Shown here: positions 27,226 through 37,096 of the stretch, piece after piece
Position numbering within the stretch: the first letter of the stretch is position 1
How the letters are laid out: every line of letters starts with the position of its first letter
NCBI GenBank assembly: GCA_022484565.1
Contig: JAKVKZ010000004.1
Coordinates: 18,021-82,020, forward strand
DNA: 64,000 nt
Source: Muribaculaceae bacterium
GTDB taxonomy: Bacteria > Bacteroidota > Bacteroidia > Bacteroidales > Muribaculaceae
Reading direction: 5' to 3'
Translations under genes and position numbers: made by a program
Notes under the pieces: generated by a model
Databases searched by the model: none
What the model saw: the letters and a program-made list of their open reading frames with translations, nothing else
Told to the model about the DNA's origin: nothing

Positions 27226-29016
27226 TTATTGGATGACTATCATATCCCAATATTTCAAGGATGGTATCGTGAATGTCACTGTTCCCTTGCTCTGCTTGAA
27301 GGTCAATTCCTGCGGAACGCCGCCGATATAGTCAGGCGAAGCCACCCAAATCTTATTGATTTTTGTCGTGTAGCTGATTGTCAATTTTATCGACTTCTGT
27401 TCAGTAGGGGAAGGCATTGTTCCGTCAATATCTCGCCAACTTGTACCGTTTGCATTAAGCATATTGAACAGATGTATCACTTGCTTTGCGCCAATCTGCT
27501 TGCAGTAGTAGTTGATGTAGCCCGTCTTTGGCTCCCAAGCGTTAAACTTGTGGGTGCTGCTTGCAATTGCCAATGAATTGTTTTCTGTGCCAATAGAGCC
27601 ACGGAGCAGATTTTCATATCCGGTCATGAAATCATAATAACTGGTAAGCTGTGTTCTAAGCGAAGTCGGCATAGTGAGGCGCGAAGTCGGGAAATACTCG
27701 CTGCAAAGGTTATGGTCACCGCCAAGTTCAAGATGAGAGCCACCGAGGGCAAACATGATGGCATCCGTCAGCAACACGCCAGGGGTGTTGAATGTTCCAT
27801 TGCTCTTGTTGTAGTTCATATAAGCGGCAAACACTGTCTTCAGAGTATTGCTGCTGTATGTGTTGTTAGCCTTTATTATCGTCAGCAAATCCTTAAATTG
27901 GTCCTGATTCCCCCACACTTCGTTATAAAGGAAATCCACATCGCCTGTTCCGGCAATCTGCTGGTCGCCATAACCGCCAACGGCATTCATCACAAGACTT
28001 TTGCCTGAATGTTTTGCCTTCATGGCTTTTATGAACGCTGCAAAAGCACTTGGCATATTTATTGACGTTCCATCATAGGTGTAACGCGAGCCACGGTCGC
28101 CTACTTGATCGATATGATAGCCGTCGAAATCATAATTGTGATACACATCATCGTTGCGCTGAGCCATATAGGCCTGCCATTCAGTGTTCGACGGATCCAT
28201 AAGGAATATGTCGCTCTTCCAACTTTCAGCCATCGACAGGAAGTCTAAATTGGTATGTGACTTGTCCTTGTAGGCGTACCATTCCGTCTTTACACCATCT
28301 GTAGATGCGTCCTTTAGAGCGCCATAACAAAGGTTATAGAACATGGCTTTCATGCCGTGGGCATGCTGTGCCGTGATATAATTCTGAATTGAGCTGCGGT
28401 AGATTGTGCGGTTGGCTATGTCGGTGTAGCTGTCAAGCGGATTGTCGCGAGTGCCGCCAAGTGGCCAGTGATGCTTGTAATGCCAGTCGTAGAACTGCAC
28501 TCCATTGATATGGCAACGGTTAAGCCAATCCATTTCATTGGCGGTCTGGCTTGCCGTCTTGTCGCTGCCGTAATTGCTAACAAAGCCATAACGTGGGAAC
28601 AGTTTCCAACTGCTCGACACATCCACGGCAATTGAGCCTACTATCGTTTCGCTACCATCGGTGCCCGTCTGGTACAGGTCAACCATATAGCCGGTTCCGT
28701 CGGTGGATGGTGCTGTCCATGTCCACGTCTTTGAAGTCATGCTGGCTGTGGCTATCACATCGGTGTTGTTGCGATAGCGTATTTTCGTTGTTCCTGAAGG
28801 CAAATTATCGGCTGTAAACGTAACCACATCACCAGGAGAATAGATTGCCTTATCGGTTGTGAGATTCACATATATGTTGGAGTTGACCTGTGTCACGCTT
28901 GTCACCTCGTTCACGTCGGTGCTTGGCGTTGGTATCGGTTCATCACCTCCACTACTGCTGCCTCCACATGCCGTAAGACCTATAAGAATTGCAACTGCAA
29001 AAAACGTTCTTTTCAT
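27226..29016 (-). CDS. GH66-type dextranase, lipoprotein form
   Basis: MKRTFFAVAILIGLTAC lipobox (start at 29016; the track ORF extends to 29070). Motifs include CHINGVQFYDWHYKHHWPLGG and FDGYHIDQVG. It has no CTD. Confidence 0.7.
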   Translation of the reverse strand: MKRTFFAVAILIGLTACGGSSSGGDEPIPTPSTDVNEVTSVTQVNSNIYVNLTTDKAIYSPGDVVTFTADNLPSGTTKIRYRNNTDVIATASMTSKTWTWTAPSTDGTGYMVDLYQTGTDGSETIVGSIAVDVSSSWKLFPRYGFVSNYGSDKTASQTANEMDWLNRCHINGVQFYDWHYKHHWPLGGTRDNPLDSYTDIANRTIYRSSIQNYITAQHAHGMKAMFYNLCYGALKDASTDGVKTEWYAYKDKSHTNLDFLSMAESWKSDIFLMDPSNTEWQAYMAQRNDDVYHNYDFDGYHIDQVGDRGSRYTYDGTSINMPSAFAAFIKAMKAKHSGKSLVMNAVGGYGDQQIAGTGDVDFLYNEVWGNQDQFKDLLTIIKANNTYSSNTLKTVFAAYMNYNKSNGTFNTPGVLLTDAIMFALGGSHLELGGDHNLCSEYFPTSRLTMPTSLRTQLTSYYDFMTGYENLLRGSIGTENNSLAIASSTHKFNAWEPKTGYINYYCKQIGAKQVIHLFNMLNANGTSWRDIDGTMPSPTEQKSIKLTISYTTKINKIWVASPDYIGGVPQELTFKQSKGTVTFTIPSLKYWDMIVIQ

Positions 29017-29034
29017 TTCCTTATTTGATTTAAT

Positions 29035-29075
29035 ATGATGTGGCTGCGGCCTGCTAATATTCGCAGCCACATCAT
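29035..29075 (-). other. Strong intra-operon hairpin between the SusE-like and GH66 genes
   Basis: atgatgtggctgcg-N13-cgcagccacatcat forms a 14-bp perfect stem. There is no clear U-tract. Confidence 0.6.
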
Positions 29076-29084
29076 CCGTTATAT

Positions 29085-30575
29085 TTATTGCTTGACTATT
29101 GATATTGTCTCCTTAAGTTGGTTGAGGGTGATGATGTAAGTGCCTGCTGTGGCTATCTTCCACTTCATATCCACGTCACCTATGGCAACATCAGGATACA
29201 TTGCCTTGAATGTGGCATCACTCTTGTCAACGAACACTGCATTTTCAACGCCTCCTGTAGGCGCCTTATCTGAAGCATCGGCCATAAACCATGCACCCAT
29301 CCAGTCGCTCTTCTTGTCGCATGAAATCTTCATTTCACCTGCCTTCAAGGCTCCAGTCCATGTGAACAAGTAAGGATTGCTTGCATCGGCAGTCATGGCG
29401 GTGGCGCTGCTGAGTGTCCAGCCATTAGGCGTTGCGTCGCCTACGAGATAAAGTCCGGCATAAGGAGTGAACGGCGTCATCACCATCTTCTCGCTGCCAA
29501 TGGTCACGTCAAGCATAATCTTGTAGGCTTTGCCGCATTGCGCTTCAGTAAGTGCCCACTTGTTGTCGTTGCTGCTGTTGTACACCACTACGGTGCTTGT
29601 GTAAGGAGCGCCTGCGCTCGATGCGACAAGCATATTGTCCCAACTGCCGCTTACAGTACCGAACTTGAATTCGCCTGAACCGTTCCATGTGAACATTTCA
29701 CCATAATGCCAAAGATTCTTGCGAAGAACGTCCTTGGTCATTCTCACGAAGCCCCAGTTAGTGAACGAACCTACGAAATAGACATCATTGAAACGTTCGC
29801 CCGAAGCTGTTGATTTTGCAACTGTACACGTCATTTTCAGAAGGTCAACTTTCACTTCATAATTGCCAGCCGCGGTTACTGTGAAACCTTCATCAGCCTC
29901 GCTGTCGCTTGAACGGTAAACGAGTCCCGTGCCTGCGGCGTTGTTGGCATCGCGGTTATATGATGGGATTAGGCTTCCTTTAGTGGTGATGAACTTGAAC
30001 GTGCCGGCTGTGAGCGGGCCAATCCAAGTGAATTGACCGGCATCGGTGCGGGTCATGCTGATTGCTTTGGAAGCATCAGTACCTGCATTTGTGGCACTGC
30101 CCATGATGAACAATGTGCTGGTAACCGGCTGATATGTGGTTACTGCGATATTGGCTTCCGACGTTTGTGTCTTATCGGTGTAACCAGCCACATCAGCTAT
30201 CACTTTGGCATTCACATTCACAGTTTCGCCATAACCTATTCCAAGTTTTTCAGCAAGATAAGTGTTCAAATCGCCCACGGTTTTCGACCATTTGTAAACT
30301 CCGTTGCCGATGGTATCATTATATGTGTTCCCATTGGCGGAAAATTGCAGCACATAATTGATTTTGTTACCAGTTCCGTAGTTTGTGCCTGTGGTCCACT
30401 CCAAAGTCAGGCCATCCGCACTGTGATTGGCCTCGGTAAGCGTCAATTGCGTTGCCGACGGAGTGAGAGTGAGCGTGTCGCTGCCTTTGTCAAGTTCCAT
30501 GAAATCACTTGAACATGCCGTGGCAAACATGCTCGCCACAATCATCAAGGCAATTCTAAAAATATATTTTTTCAT
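29085..30575 (-). CDS. SusE/SusF-like outer-membrane glycan-binding lipoprotein
   Basis: Lipobox MIVASMFATAC. The N-terminal SusE-like region is ..LTLEWTTGTNYGTGNKINYVLQF... Three modules follow: LFIMGSATNAG, VYFVGSFTNWG and LYLVGDATPNGWT. Its position directly after susD is typical. Confidence 0.7.
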   Translation of the reverse strand: MKKYIFRIALMIVASMFATACSSDFMELDKGSDTLTLTPSATQLTLTEANHSADGLTLEWTTGTNYGTGNKINYVLQFSANGNTYNDTIGNGVYKWSKTVGDLNTYLAEKLGIGYGETVNVNAKVIADVAGYTDKTQTSEANIAVTTYQPVTSTLFIMGSATNAGTDASKAISMTRTDAGQFTWIGPLTAGTFKFITTKGSLIPSYNRDANNAAGTGLVYRSSDSEADEGFTVTAAGNYEVKVDLLKMTCTVAKSTASGERFNDVYFVGSFTNWGFVRMTKDVLRKNLWHYGEMFTWNGSGEFKFGTVSGSWDNMLVASSAGAPYTSTVVVYNSSNDNKWALTEAQCGKAYKIMLDVTIGSEKMVMTPFTPYAGLYLVGDATPNGWTLSSATAMTADASNPYLFTWTGALKAGEMKISCDKKSDWMGAWFMADASDKAPTGGVENAVFVDKSDATFKAMYPDVAIGDVDMKWKIATAGTYIITLNQLKETISIVKQ

Positions 30576-30596
30576 TGTAAGCTAACTTATTAAAGA

Positions 30597-32099
30597 TTAA
30601 TATCCAGGATTCTGTGTCATTAATGGATTCGAGTCTATTTCCGTCTGTGGAATCGGCAGGAGCAACCTCTCGGCAGTAACATTCGACTTGCCGATTGATT
30701 TCAGGAACGACAGCGCATATTCGCCATTGTTGATACGAATCATGTCGAACCAACGATGTCCTTCGAATGCGAATTCCATGCGGTTCTCATGAATAATCAT
30801 ATTGCGGAGTTCCGATTGGGTAACTGTGTTTGGAATGTCGCCAAGACCAGCACGTTCACGCACAATATTGATTGGCTTTACAGCCTCGGTGGTACTGCCC
30901 ATCTCATTCAACGCTTCTGCCTTCATCAGCAGGACTTGTGCATAACGATAGACAACGAAATTCTCGTCGCTGGTGTTGTACTCCGCCGACTGGTTCTTTG
31001 TCATCAAGAACTTGCGGACATTGTAACCGGTATTCGACCATGAGGACTTGTAAGCGTTGCCGTCGAACTTCGGGCAACCGTCATACAGAACTGTTATGTC
31101 CTTGCGCTTATCGCCTGCTTCCCATTGACTCATGAATTCATCGGTAGGCAAGTTCCAGCCGTAACCACCGGCAACGATATTGGAATTGCGTGGTCCCATG
31201 AAAGTGGAAAGCCATGAGGACTGATTGTCCGTTGCCCAAAAATCATAATCAGTGCTGCCTGAATATTGCACTTCAAATATGGATTCAGGGCCATTCTTGT
31301 CCTTACCGTTGAAATTGTCGGCAAAACTGCATTGTGTAAGGTCGTAACCGAGAGCCTCTATCTGGTTACAAAGTGAAACTACTTCATTATAGTATTCTTT
31401 ATTATTAGGTGCGAGCGTGAGATACACATCGGCAAGCTGCGTCAATGCAGCATCCTTGCAGGCACGGCCCAAATCCTTATCGCCATATTCGCTCTTTGCA
31501 GGCAGCAAGGCTATTGCATTCTGAAGGTCGGAGATAATCTGCGCATACACTTCTTCCTTGGTGCTACGGGCTATAGATGTGCTTGTACCCGGTTCGTATG
31601 GTTCAAGGCGCAATGGCACACCGCCGAAAAGACGCACCAGAATGTAATAGTAATGGGCACGGAGGAAATAAGCCTCACCCATCGAGCGGTTCTTCACCGA
31701 CTCGCTGATATTGGCATTGGGAAGGCTTGTCAGGATGATGTTGCAACGTCCGATTCCCACCCAAGGTGAGCGCCACACATAAAGTGCATATTCGCTATCA
31801 GTGTGGGTTATGAAATTGGATGCCTGCACGGTTTCAAGTCCGTCAGTTCCGCCACCTGCACCCACAACGCTGTTGCCGGCAATAATGTCGGTACACCATA
31901 GGCGCATATTGTACAGGTTCGACGACTGCAACGGCTTGTAGCAGGCATTAGTTAAGGCCATGGCCATTGAATCGGTCATTGTGGTTGACGGATCCACGGC
32001 ATAACTTGGCGATTTATCGAGAAAATCCTGACATGAAGCAAGCATCAAAAGTGCCGCAACAAATATCGTATTTAATATTCTATTTTTCATTTTCGTCAA
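30597..32099 (-). CDS. SusD/RagB-family nutrient-binding lipoprotein
   Basis: Lipobox LLMLASCQDFLDKSP. TPR-like SusD hallmarks (..AYFLRAHYYYILVRLFGGVPL..) and the C-terminus ..RLLLPIPQTEIDSNPLMTQNPGY are present. Confidence 0.85.
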   Translation of the reverse strand: MTKMKNRILNTIFVAALLMLASCQDFLDKSPSYAVDPSTTMTDSMAMALTNACYKPLQSSNLYNMRLWCTDIIAGNSVVGAGGGTDGLETVQASNFITHTDSEYALYVWRSPWVGIGRCNIILTSLPNANISESVKNRSMGEAYFLRAHYYYILVRLFGGVPLRLEPYEPGTSTSIARSTKEEVYAQIISDLQNAIALLPAKSEYGDKDLGRACKDAALTQLADVYLTLAPNNKEYYNEVVSLCNQIEALGYDLTQCSFADNFNGKDKNGPESIFEVQYSGSTDYDFWATDNQSSWLSTFMGPRNSNIVAGGYGWNLPTDEFMSQWEAGDKRKDITVLYDGCPKFDGNAYKSSWSNTGYNVRKFLMTKNQSAEYNTSDENFVVYRYAQVLLMKAEALNEMGSTTEAVKPINIVRERAGLGDIPNTVTQSELRNMIIHENRMEFAFEGHRWFDMIRINNGEYALSFLKSIGKSNVTAERLLLPIPQTEIDSNPLMTQNPGY

Positions 32100-32102
32100 T
32101 TT

Positions 32103-35100
32103 TTAAAAATTAAAGTTTACACCAAGGCTAAATGTCCTCGAAATTGGATAGCGGCTGCTGTCGATGCCATTGATAGCCACCTCAGGGTCGAATCCGGAAT
32201 AACTTGTTATTGTGACCACATTCTCACATGAGAAATAAACCTTTGCGCTGTTGAACTGAATTTTCTTCAGCAAAGCCTGCGGCAAGTTATAAGCAAGAGT
32301 GATGTTTTTGAGGCGCAGATAAGAGCCATTTTCGATAAATCTGTCGGAAACGCGCGAGTTTTGGTTCGGGTCGCCCCACACTGCACGTGGCATTGAATTG
32401 CTTGTGCCTTCGCCAGTCCAGCGTTTTAGCACTTCTGACGTCTGATTATATGCGGCTGCCATACCTTCATTGTCAATGTTGTTGGCATTGTAAATGTCGT
32501 TGCCTGCCACGCCCTGGAAGAATATTGATAATTCAAGCCCGTGATAAGTGAATGTGTTGTTCATTGAGAACAGCCAATCGGGATTAGGATTTCCTATTAC
32601 CGTACGGTCCTTATCATTAATTACGCCATCATTGTTGAGGTCCTTGAAGCGGATGTCACCTGGTTCAGCACCAGCTTGGGTGGCATGGTTGGCAACCTCT
32701 TGGGCATTCTGGAAAATGCCGTCGGTGACATAGCCATAGAACACATTGATTGGGTAATCTTTGGCAAGCATTGTCAAATAGGAGTTGTTCACCTGATTGA
32801 TATACATCGGCGTGTCGCTGTTCAAATCCTTTATGCGGTTGCGGTTGTAAGTAGCCGTAACACTTGTTTCCCAACCGAATTCACCTTGCAGGTTAACCGT
32901 ATTGAGCGACATTTCCACACCTCTGTTGCTGACTTTGCCTGCATTTGTGTAAGTGGTGAATGTGTCCTCAAATCCTGATGTGATTGGGATTGTGGCCTTC
33001 ACAAGCATGTCGTGGGTATTCTTGATATAAGCATCAAGTGAGAAATTCAGCCTTGAACGGAACATCGACAAATCTATACCGATGTTTGCCTGGCGGACTT
33101 CCTCCCAATGAATGCTCGGATTGCTTAGCGTGTTGGAGACGAGAGCCGCCTGACTTGATCCGTTGAAAGGATAGACGCTCGTGTTGTAAGTGGCAAGGAA
33201 AGCATAGTTTCCGATGTTCTGATTACCAGTCACACCGTAGCCTACACGGAGTTTCAAATCGTTGATGTTCCATGCGTCCTTTTGGAAGAAGCTTTCTTCA
33301 GATATTCTCCATGCTGCCGAAACCGACGGGAAAGTACCCCAACGGTTGTCCTTTCCAAATCTGGAGGAACCGTCGCGACGTACAGTGGCTGTAAGCAGAT
33401 AGCGGTTATCATAGCTGTAATTTACACGTCCCATGAAGGAAAGCAGTGACCAATCACTTGCACTTCCGCCAATGGAATACATCTTCTGGCCATTGTCCAT
33501 CTCATGGATATTGTCGAAAAGGAAGATGTTCTTCTGTGCATTCAGGTAATCGAAGTTGCACCATTGTGCCGATGTTCCGGCCATAACCTCAATGTGGTGT
33601 TTCTGCGCGAATGTGTAATCGCTAAGGAAATAATTATCCCACAAATAAGTGAACGACTTGTTGTCGCTCTTGTAGCGTGATGACTGGCTTACAGGTGTAG
33701 GCGACCAATTATATTTAGGAGTGAAATTGTCGATGAACCACCATTTGGCATCATAGCCGAATGTGCTGCGGAGTTTCAGCCAATTGGTAAAGGAGATTTC
33801 CCCCATTATGTTGGCAAGGAGATTATAACCTTTAGTGTCGTTCTTGTTCACGTTGATTGTGCCTATCGGGTTACGGATGCTGCCGTACCAGTAGGAATTG
33901 CCTGAAGGGCCGGCATAAGTTCCGTCCTCATTGTAGATTGCCTGCGTCGGCAGTGCCTTCATGGCATCACCCACGCTGTAACTGCCGTGTTTCTTCAAAT
34001 CGGCGCTGAACGTAACGCTCGTGGTCATTTTCAGCCATGGCTTCACTTGAGCGTCGTTGTTGACTTGGAAATTGAATCGGCGGTATTTCACACTTTGAAT
34101 TATACCTGTCTGGTCAAGGAAACCGCCGGAAATGTAATATTGATTCTTGTCGGAACCTCCGGAATAGCTTACTGAATAATCCTGCTTGAAACCGGTGCGG
34201 AACATTTCATCAAGCCAATCAGTGCCTGCCGTCAACGATGTTGGGTCAGCCCACTCAGGATTGGTGGTGTAACCTGCATTTGAAAGCATATCATTGCTCA
34301 ATGCCGCATATTGCTGCGCATTAAGCATAGTGGGCATACTCGTGGCATTCTGCACTGCCCAGTTGCCGGAGAACTGAATTCGGCCATCACCTTTTTGGCC
34401 ACGTTTAGTGGTAATCATCACCACGCCGTTGGCACCACGCGAGCCGTAAATGGCTGTTGCCGATGCATCTTTAAGCACATCCACGCGGTCAATATCAGCC
34501 ATATTCAATGATGTAATGCCTAAATCAGTAGGAATACCATCTATTACGTAAAGCGGGTCACTGTCGTTGATTGTGCCCAAACCACGGATTTTAATGGTGA
34601 CATTATCACCTGGAGTGCCGGCATCCACAACGTTTACGCCACTGAGTTTGCCTTGAAGTGCCTGACCGACATTTGAAAGCGGACTGCTTTGCAAATCCTT
34701 CTTCCCTACTGATGCCACAGCACCAGTCAAATCCTTCTTTTTCATTGTGCCGTAGCCAACCACAACCACTTCATTAAGCACTTGTGAATTGTCCTTCAAT
34801 TCAATCATTAATTGAGTCTGACCATTGACTTTCACTTCCTGTGTGGTACAGCCCAAATAGGAGAAAGTCAACACTGCCTTAGGAGAAGCTTTCAAGGAGA
34901 AATTACCGTCCATGTCAGTGGCAGTACCGTTTTTAGTGCCCTGTTCCAACACAGTCGCACCGATAATCGGTTCACCCGAAGCATCCTTCACGTGCCCCGT
35001 CACAGTAATTTCCTGTGCGAACACATTCACAGCCATCAGCAATCCAAGCGCAAGGCTCAGAAAGCGCAACTTTGAATTTAGAGATTTGTAATTCTTTTTG

Positions 35101-35105
35101 TCCAT
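32103..35105 (-). CDS. SusC/RagA-family TonB-dependent outer-membrane transporter
   Basis: 1000 aa. The carboxypeptidase-regulatory-like N-terminus is ITVTGHVKDASGEPIIGATVLEQGTKNGTATDMDGNFSL. The plug region is ..ALQGKLSGVNV..IRGLGTIN.., and the protein has a terminal F. Confidence 0.9.
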   Translation of the reverse strand: MDKKNYKSLNSKLRFLSLALGLLMAVNVFAQEITVTGHVKDASGEPIIGATVLEQGTKNGTATDMDGNFSLKASPKAVLTFSYLGCTTQEVKVNGQTQLMIELKDNSQVLNEVVVVGYGTMKKKDLTGAVASVGKKDLQSSPLSNVGQALQGKLSGVNVVDAGTPGDNVTIKIRGLGTINDSDPLYVIDGIPTDLGITSLNMADIDRVDVLKDASATAIYGSRGANGVVMITTKRGQKGDGRIQFSGNWAVQNATSMPTMLNAQQYAALSNDMLSNAGYTTNPEWADPTSLTAGTDWLDEMFRTGFKQDYSVSYSGGSDKNQYYISGGFLDQTGIIQSVKYRRFNFQVNNDAQVKPWLKMTTSVTFSADLKKHGSYSVGDAMKALPTQAIYNEDGTYAGPSGNSYWYGSIRNPIGTINVNKNDTKGYNLLANIMGEISFTNWLKLRSTFGYDAKWWFIDNFTPKYNWSPTPVSQSSRYKSDNKSFTYLWDNYFLSDYTFAQKHHIEVMAGTSAQWCNFDYLNAQKNIFLFDNIHEMDNGQKMYSIGGSASDWSLLSFMGRVNYSYDNRYLLTATVRRDGSSRFGKDNRWGTFPSVSAAWRISEESFFQKDAWNINDLKLRVGYGVTGNQNIGNYAFLATYNTSVYPFNGSSQAALVSNTLSNPSIHWEEVRQANIGIDLSMFRSRLNFSLDAYIKNTHDMLVKATIPITSGFEDTFTTYTNAGKVSNRGVEMSLNTVNLQGEFGWETSVTATYNRNRIKDLNSDTPMYINQVNNSYLTMLAKDYPINVFYGYVTDGIFQNAQEVANHATQAGAEPGDIRFKDLNNDGVINDKDRTVIGNPNPDWLFSMNNTFTYHGLELSIFFQGVAGNDIYNANNIDNEGMAAAYNQTSEVLKRWTGEGTSNSMPRAVWGDPNQNSRVSDRFIENGSYLRLKNITLAYNLPQALLKKIQFNSAKVYFSCENVVTITSYSGFDPEVAINGIDSSRYPISRTFSLGVNFNF

Positions 35106-35368
35106 GTAAGATTGGTTTATAAGTGTAAATTAATTGGCTATTTATTGGTTTATGCTCTGTTTTCAGCTACACAGCAACCCGTGCTGACTTTGAAAACTCA
35201 CGATGCAAATTTATTTATCAAATCCTCACCTTTTATATATAGTTAGTCAAAATATAGTGAATCAGAACATCCGAATTTAGATATTCTGCTATTTTTCAGG
35301 TATTTACCCTTAAAAGTGCAATTAAAAAAAGTAGTGGAAGTTTAAAGTTTTTCCATAGAAAATTCCTT

Positions 35369-37030
35369 TCAAAATCCAATTTTCATCACTTTATCCTCAA
35401 ATTCTTCACGCTCGCCGATGGCTTTGTTGCGGATTCGCGTGCGGTAATTGTATATTGTGGTCACTGAATAGCGCAGGAACTGTGCTATCTTCACACTGTC
35501 GGTGATGCCAAGACGGATAAGGGCATAAATTCTCAATTCAGTATTTAGGGCATCCGGCGTTTTAGGGTATATTTTTTCTCCGTCGCAGAGAAGTTTATTA
35601 AAGTCGTCAACAAAATTCGGGAACAGGCGCAGGAAAGTCTCGTCGAAATTGCTATAGAAATCCTTCAATTCATGGTCGATTAACGCTGTTGATTTCACGG
35701 CTTCGGCAAGTTTGGTCATATTGTGGCTCGCCACAATCTTAAAGAGCATTTTCCTGTAAGTCTCGAATTTCTCTATATAGGTGGAGCACTGGTCCATATA
35801 TCGCCCGATATATTCCTCCTTAATCACATTGGTTTCAGTAAGGATGTCATTAGTCTGCTTCAATCGCTCATTCGACGTGTTCAACTCCTTATTCACCTCC
35901 ACAAGTGTGGCATTAAGGGCACTGAGTTCATCGTTCGCAGAATGCAGATTTTGCCTTGCGACACTCAATTTGCGCATTTGTCGGAACACGAAGAATATAG
36001 TGATTATCAGAAAAATAGATAACACACTTATGGCGAAAAGTCCAATTACTATGTTTCTCTTCTGTTCCTCTTTTTTCTGATTATAGGCATTATCAACAAT
36101 AGGGAAAATATCGCCTATTTCTATTGTGCGCATCCGCGCGTTGCACTCTTTGGCATCCTCCATGGAACAGCGCAGATACTTATATGCGTGGTCAACATCG
36201 CCTTCATGGTAAAGCAGATTGGCAAGTTGGCGAAGCGAAACGTATTCCTTCACAGCCGACTGCAAATCGTTGATGGAAGAAAGTGCAAGGTTGCGCTCCT
36301 CTTCCTCTACATTTCCTTTACCTTTATATATTTGAGCCAATGAATAGGTGAAAAATGCACGGTTATGGTCGCTCTCCTTCAATTTGCTCATCACAGAATT
36401 TATCATCTTAATGGCTTCATCATAACGCTTTTCTACAACCAGTTTTTCAGCCATTATGACGATATACTCATCTGTCTTCAAAGCGAGCAGCGAATCCCGA
36501 TATTGCGCAGACAATCTGTTGTAAAGCTGCTTAACAGGCTCATTCACCGCATAGTCACCCATAAGTCCATAAGTGTTCTTGTGCAGATGGTAATAATATG
36601 GAATAAGATATTTAGGCACCGATTTACGGTTGACAGTGTTAAGCATATCAACAGCTTCTTTGAACATTCCTGTCAGGCTATAGATGTCGGCATAGTTAAG
36701 GCGGGAATCGCATAAAAGGTCAGAATCGCCCAATTTCTTTGCAATAGCCATTTTCAGTGAGGCATAGCGCATGGCAGAATCAGTGCGGTAAGAGCGGTAT
36801 TCATCAAACAATCGCCCATAATATCCATATCGTTGCCTCATATCTGTCGTTGTCGCCGCCAACCGCTTGTAATCATTAATTTTACGCTCTTTAATTTGAG
36901 CATATTTCGCCTTTTCGGCAATGGTGGCATCAAGCCTGTTAAGCAGCTCGTCCACACTCTCTTCAGCGAATATGGATTGCTGGCAAACGGCCAATAATAT
37001 TAATGTCAGTATTAATTTAAGTTTAATCAT
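35369..37030 (-). CDS. SusR-like transmembrane regulator (N-terminal TPR sensor, one TM helix, C-terminal HTH)
   Basis: 553 aa with a signal/anchor, TPR-like repeats, the TM helix IVIGLFAISVLSIFLIITIFFVF, a coiled coil and C-terminus LRIYALIRLGITDSVKIAQFLRYSVTTIYNYRTRIRNKA. It lies immediately upstream of susC. Confidence 0.65.
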   Translation of the reverse strand: MIKLKLILTLILLAVCQQSIFAEESVDELLNRLDATIAEKAKYAQIKERKINDYKRLAATTTDMRQRYGYYGRLFDEYRSYRTDSAMRYASLKMAIAKKLGDSDLLCDSRLNYADIYSLTGMFKEAVDMLNTVNRKSVPKYLIPYYYHLHKNTYGLMGDYAVNEPVKQLYNRLSAQYRDSLLALKTDEYIVIMAEKLVVEKRYDEAIKMINSVMSKLKESDHNRAFFTYSLAQIYKGKGNVEEEERNLALSSINDLQSAVKEYVSLRQLANLLYHEGDVDHAYKYLRCSMEDAKECNARMRTIEIGDIFPIVDNAYNQKKEEQKRNIVIGLFAISVLSIFLIITIFFVFRQMRKLSVARQNLHSANDELSALNATLVEVNKELNTSNERLKQTNDILTETNVIKEEYIGRYMDQCSTYIEKFETYRKMLFKIVASHNMTKLAEAVKSTALIDHELKDFYSNFDETFLRLFPNFVDDFNKLLCDGEKIYPKTPDALNTELRIYALIRLGITDSVKIAQFLRYSVTTIYNYRTRIRNKAIGEREEFEDKVMKIGF

Positions 37031-37096
37031 GTGGCACTCATAAATGCTATTGGCAAATATAGATATTTTTACTTTGATTTTGAAAATTTTCCGCTT

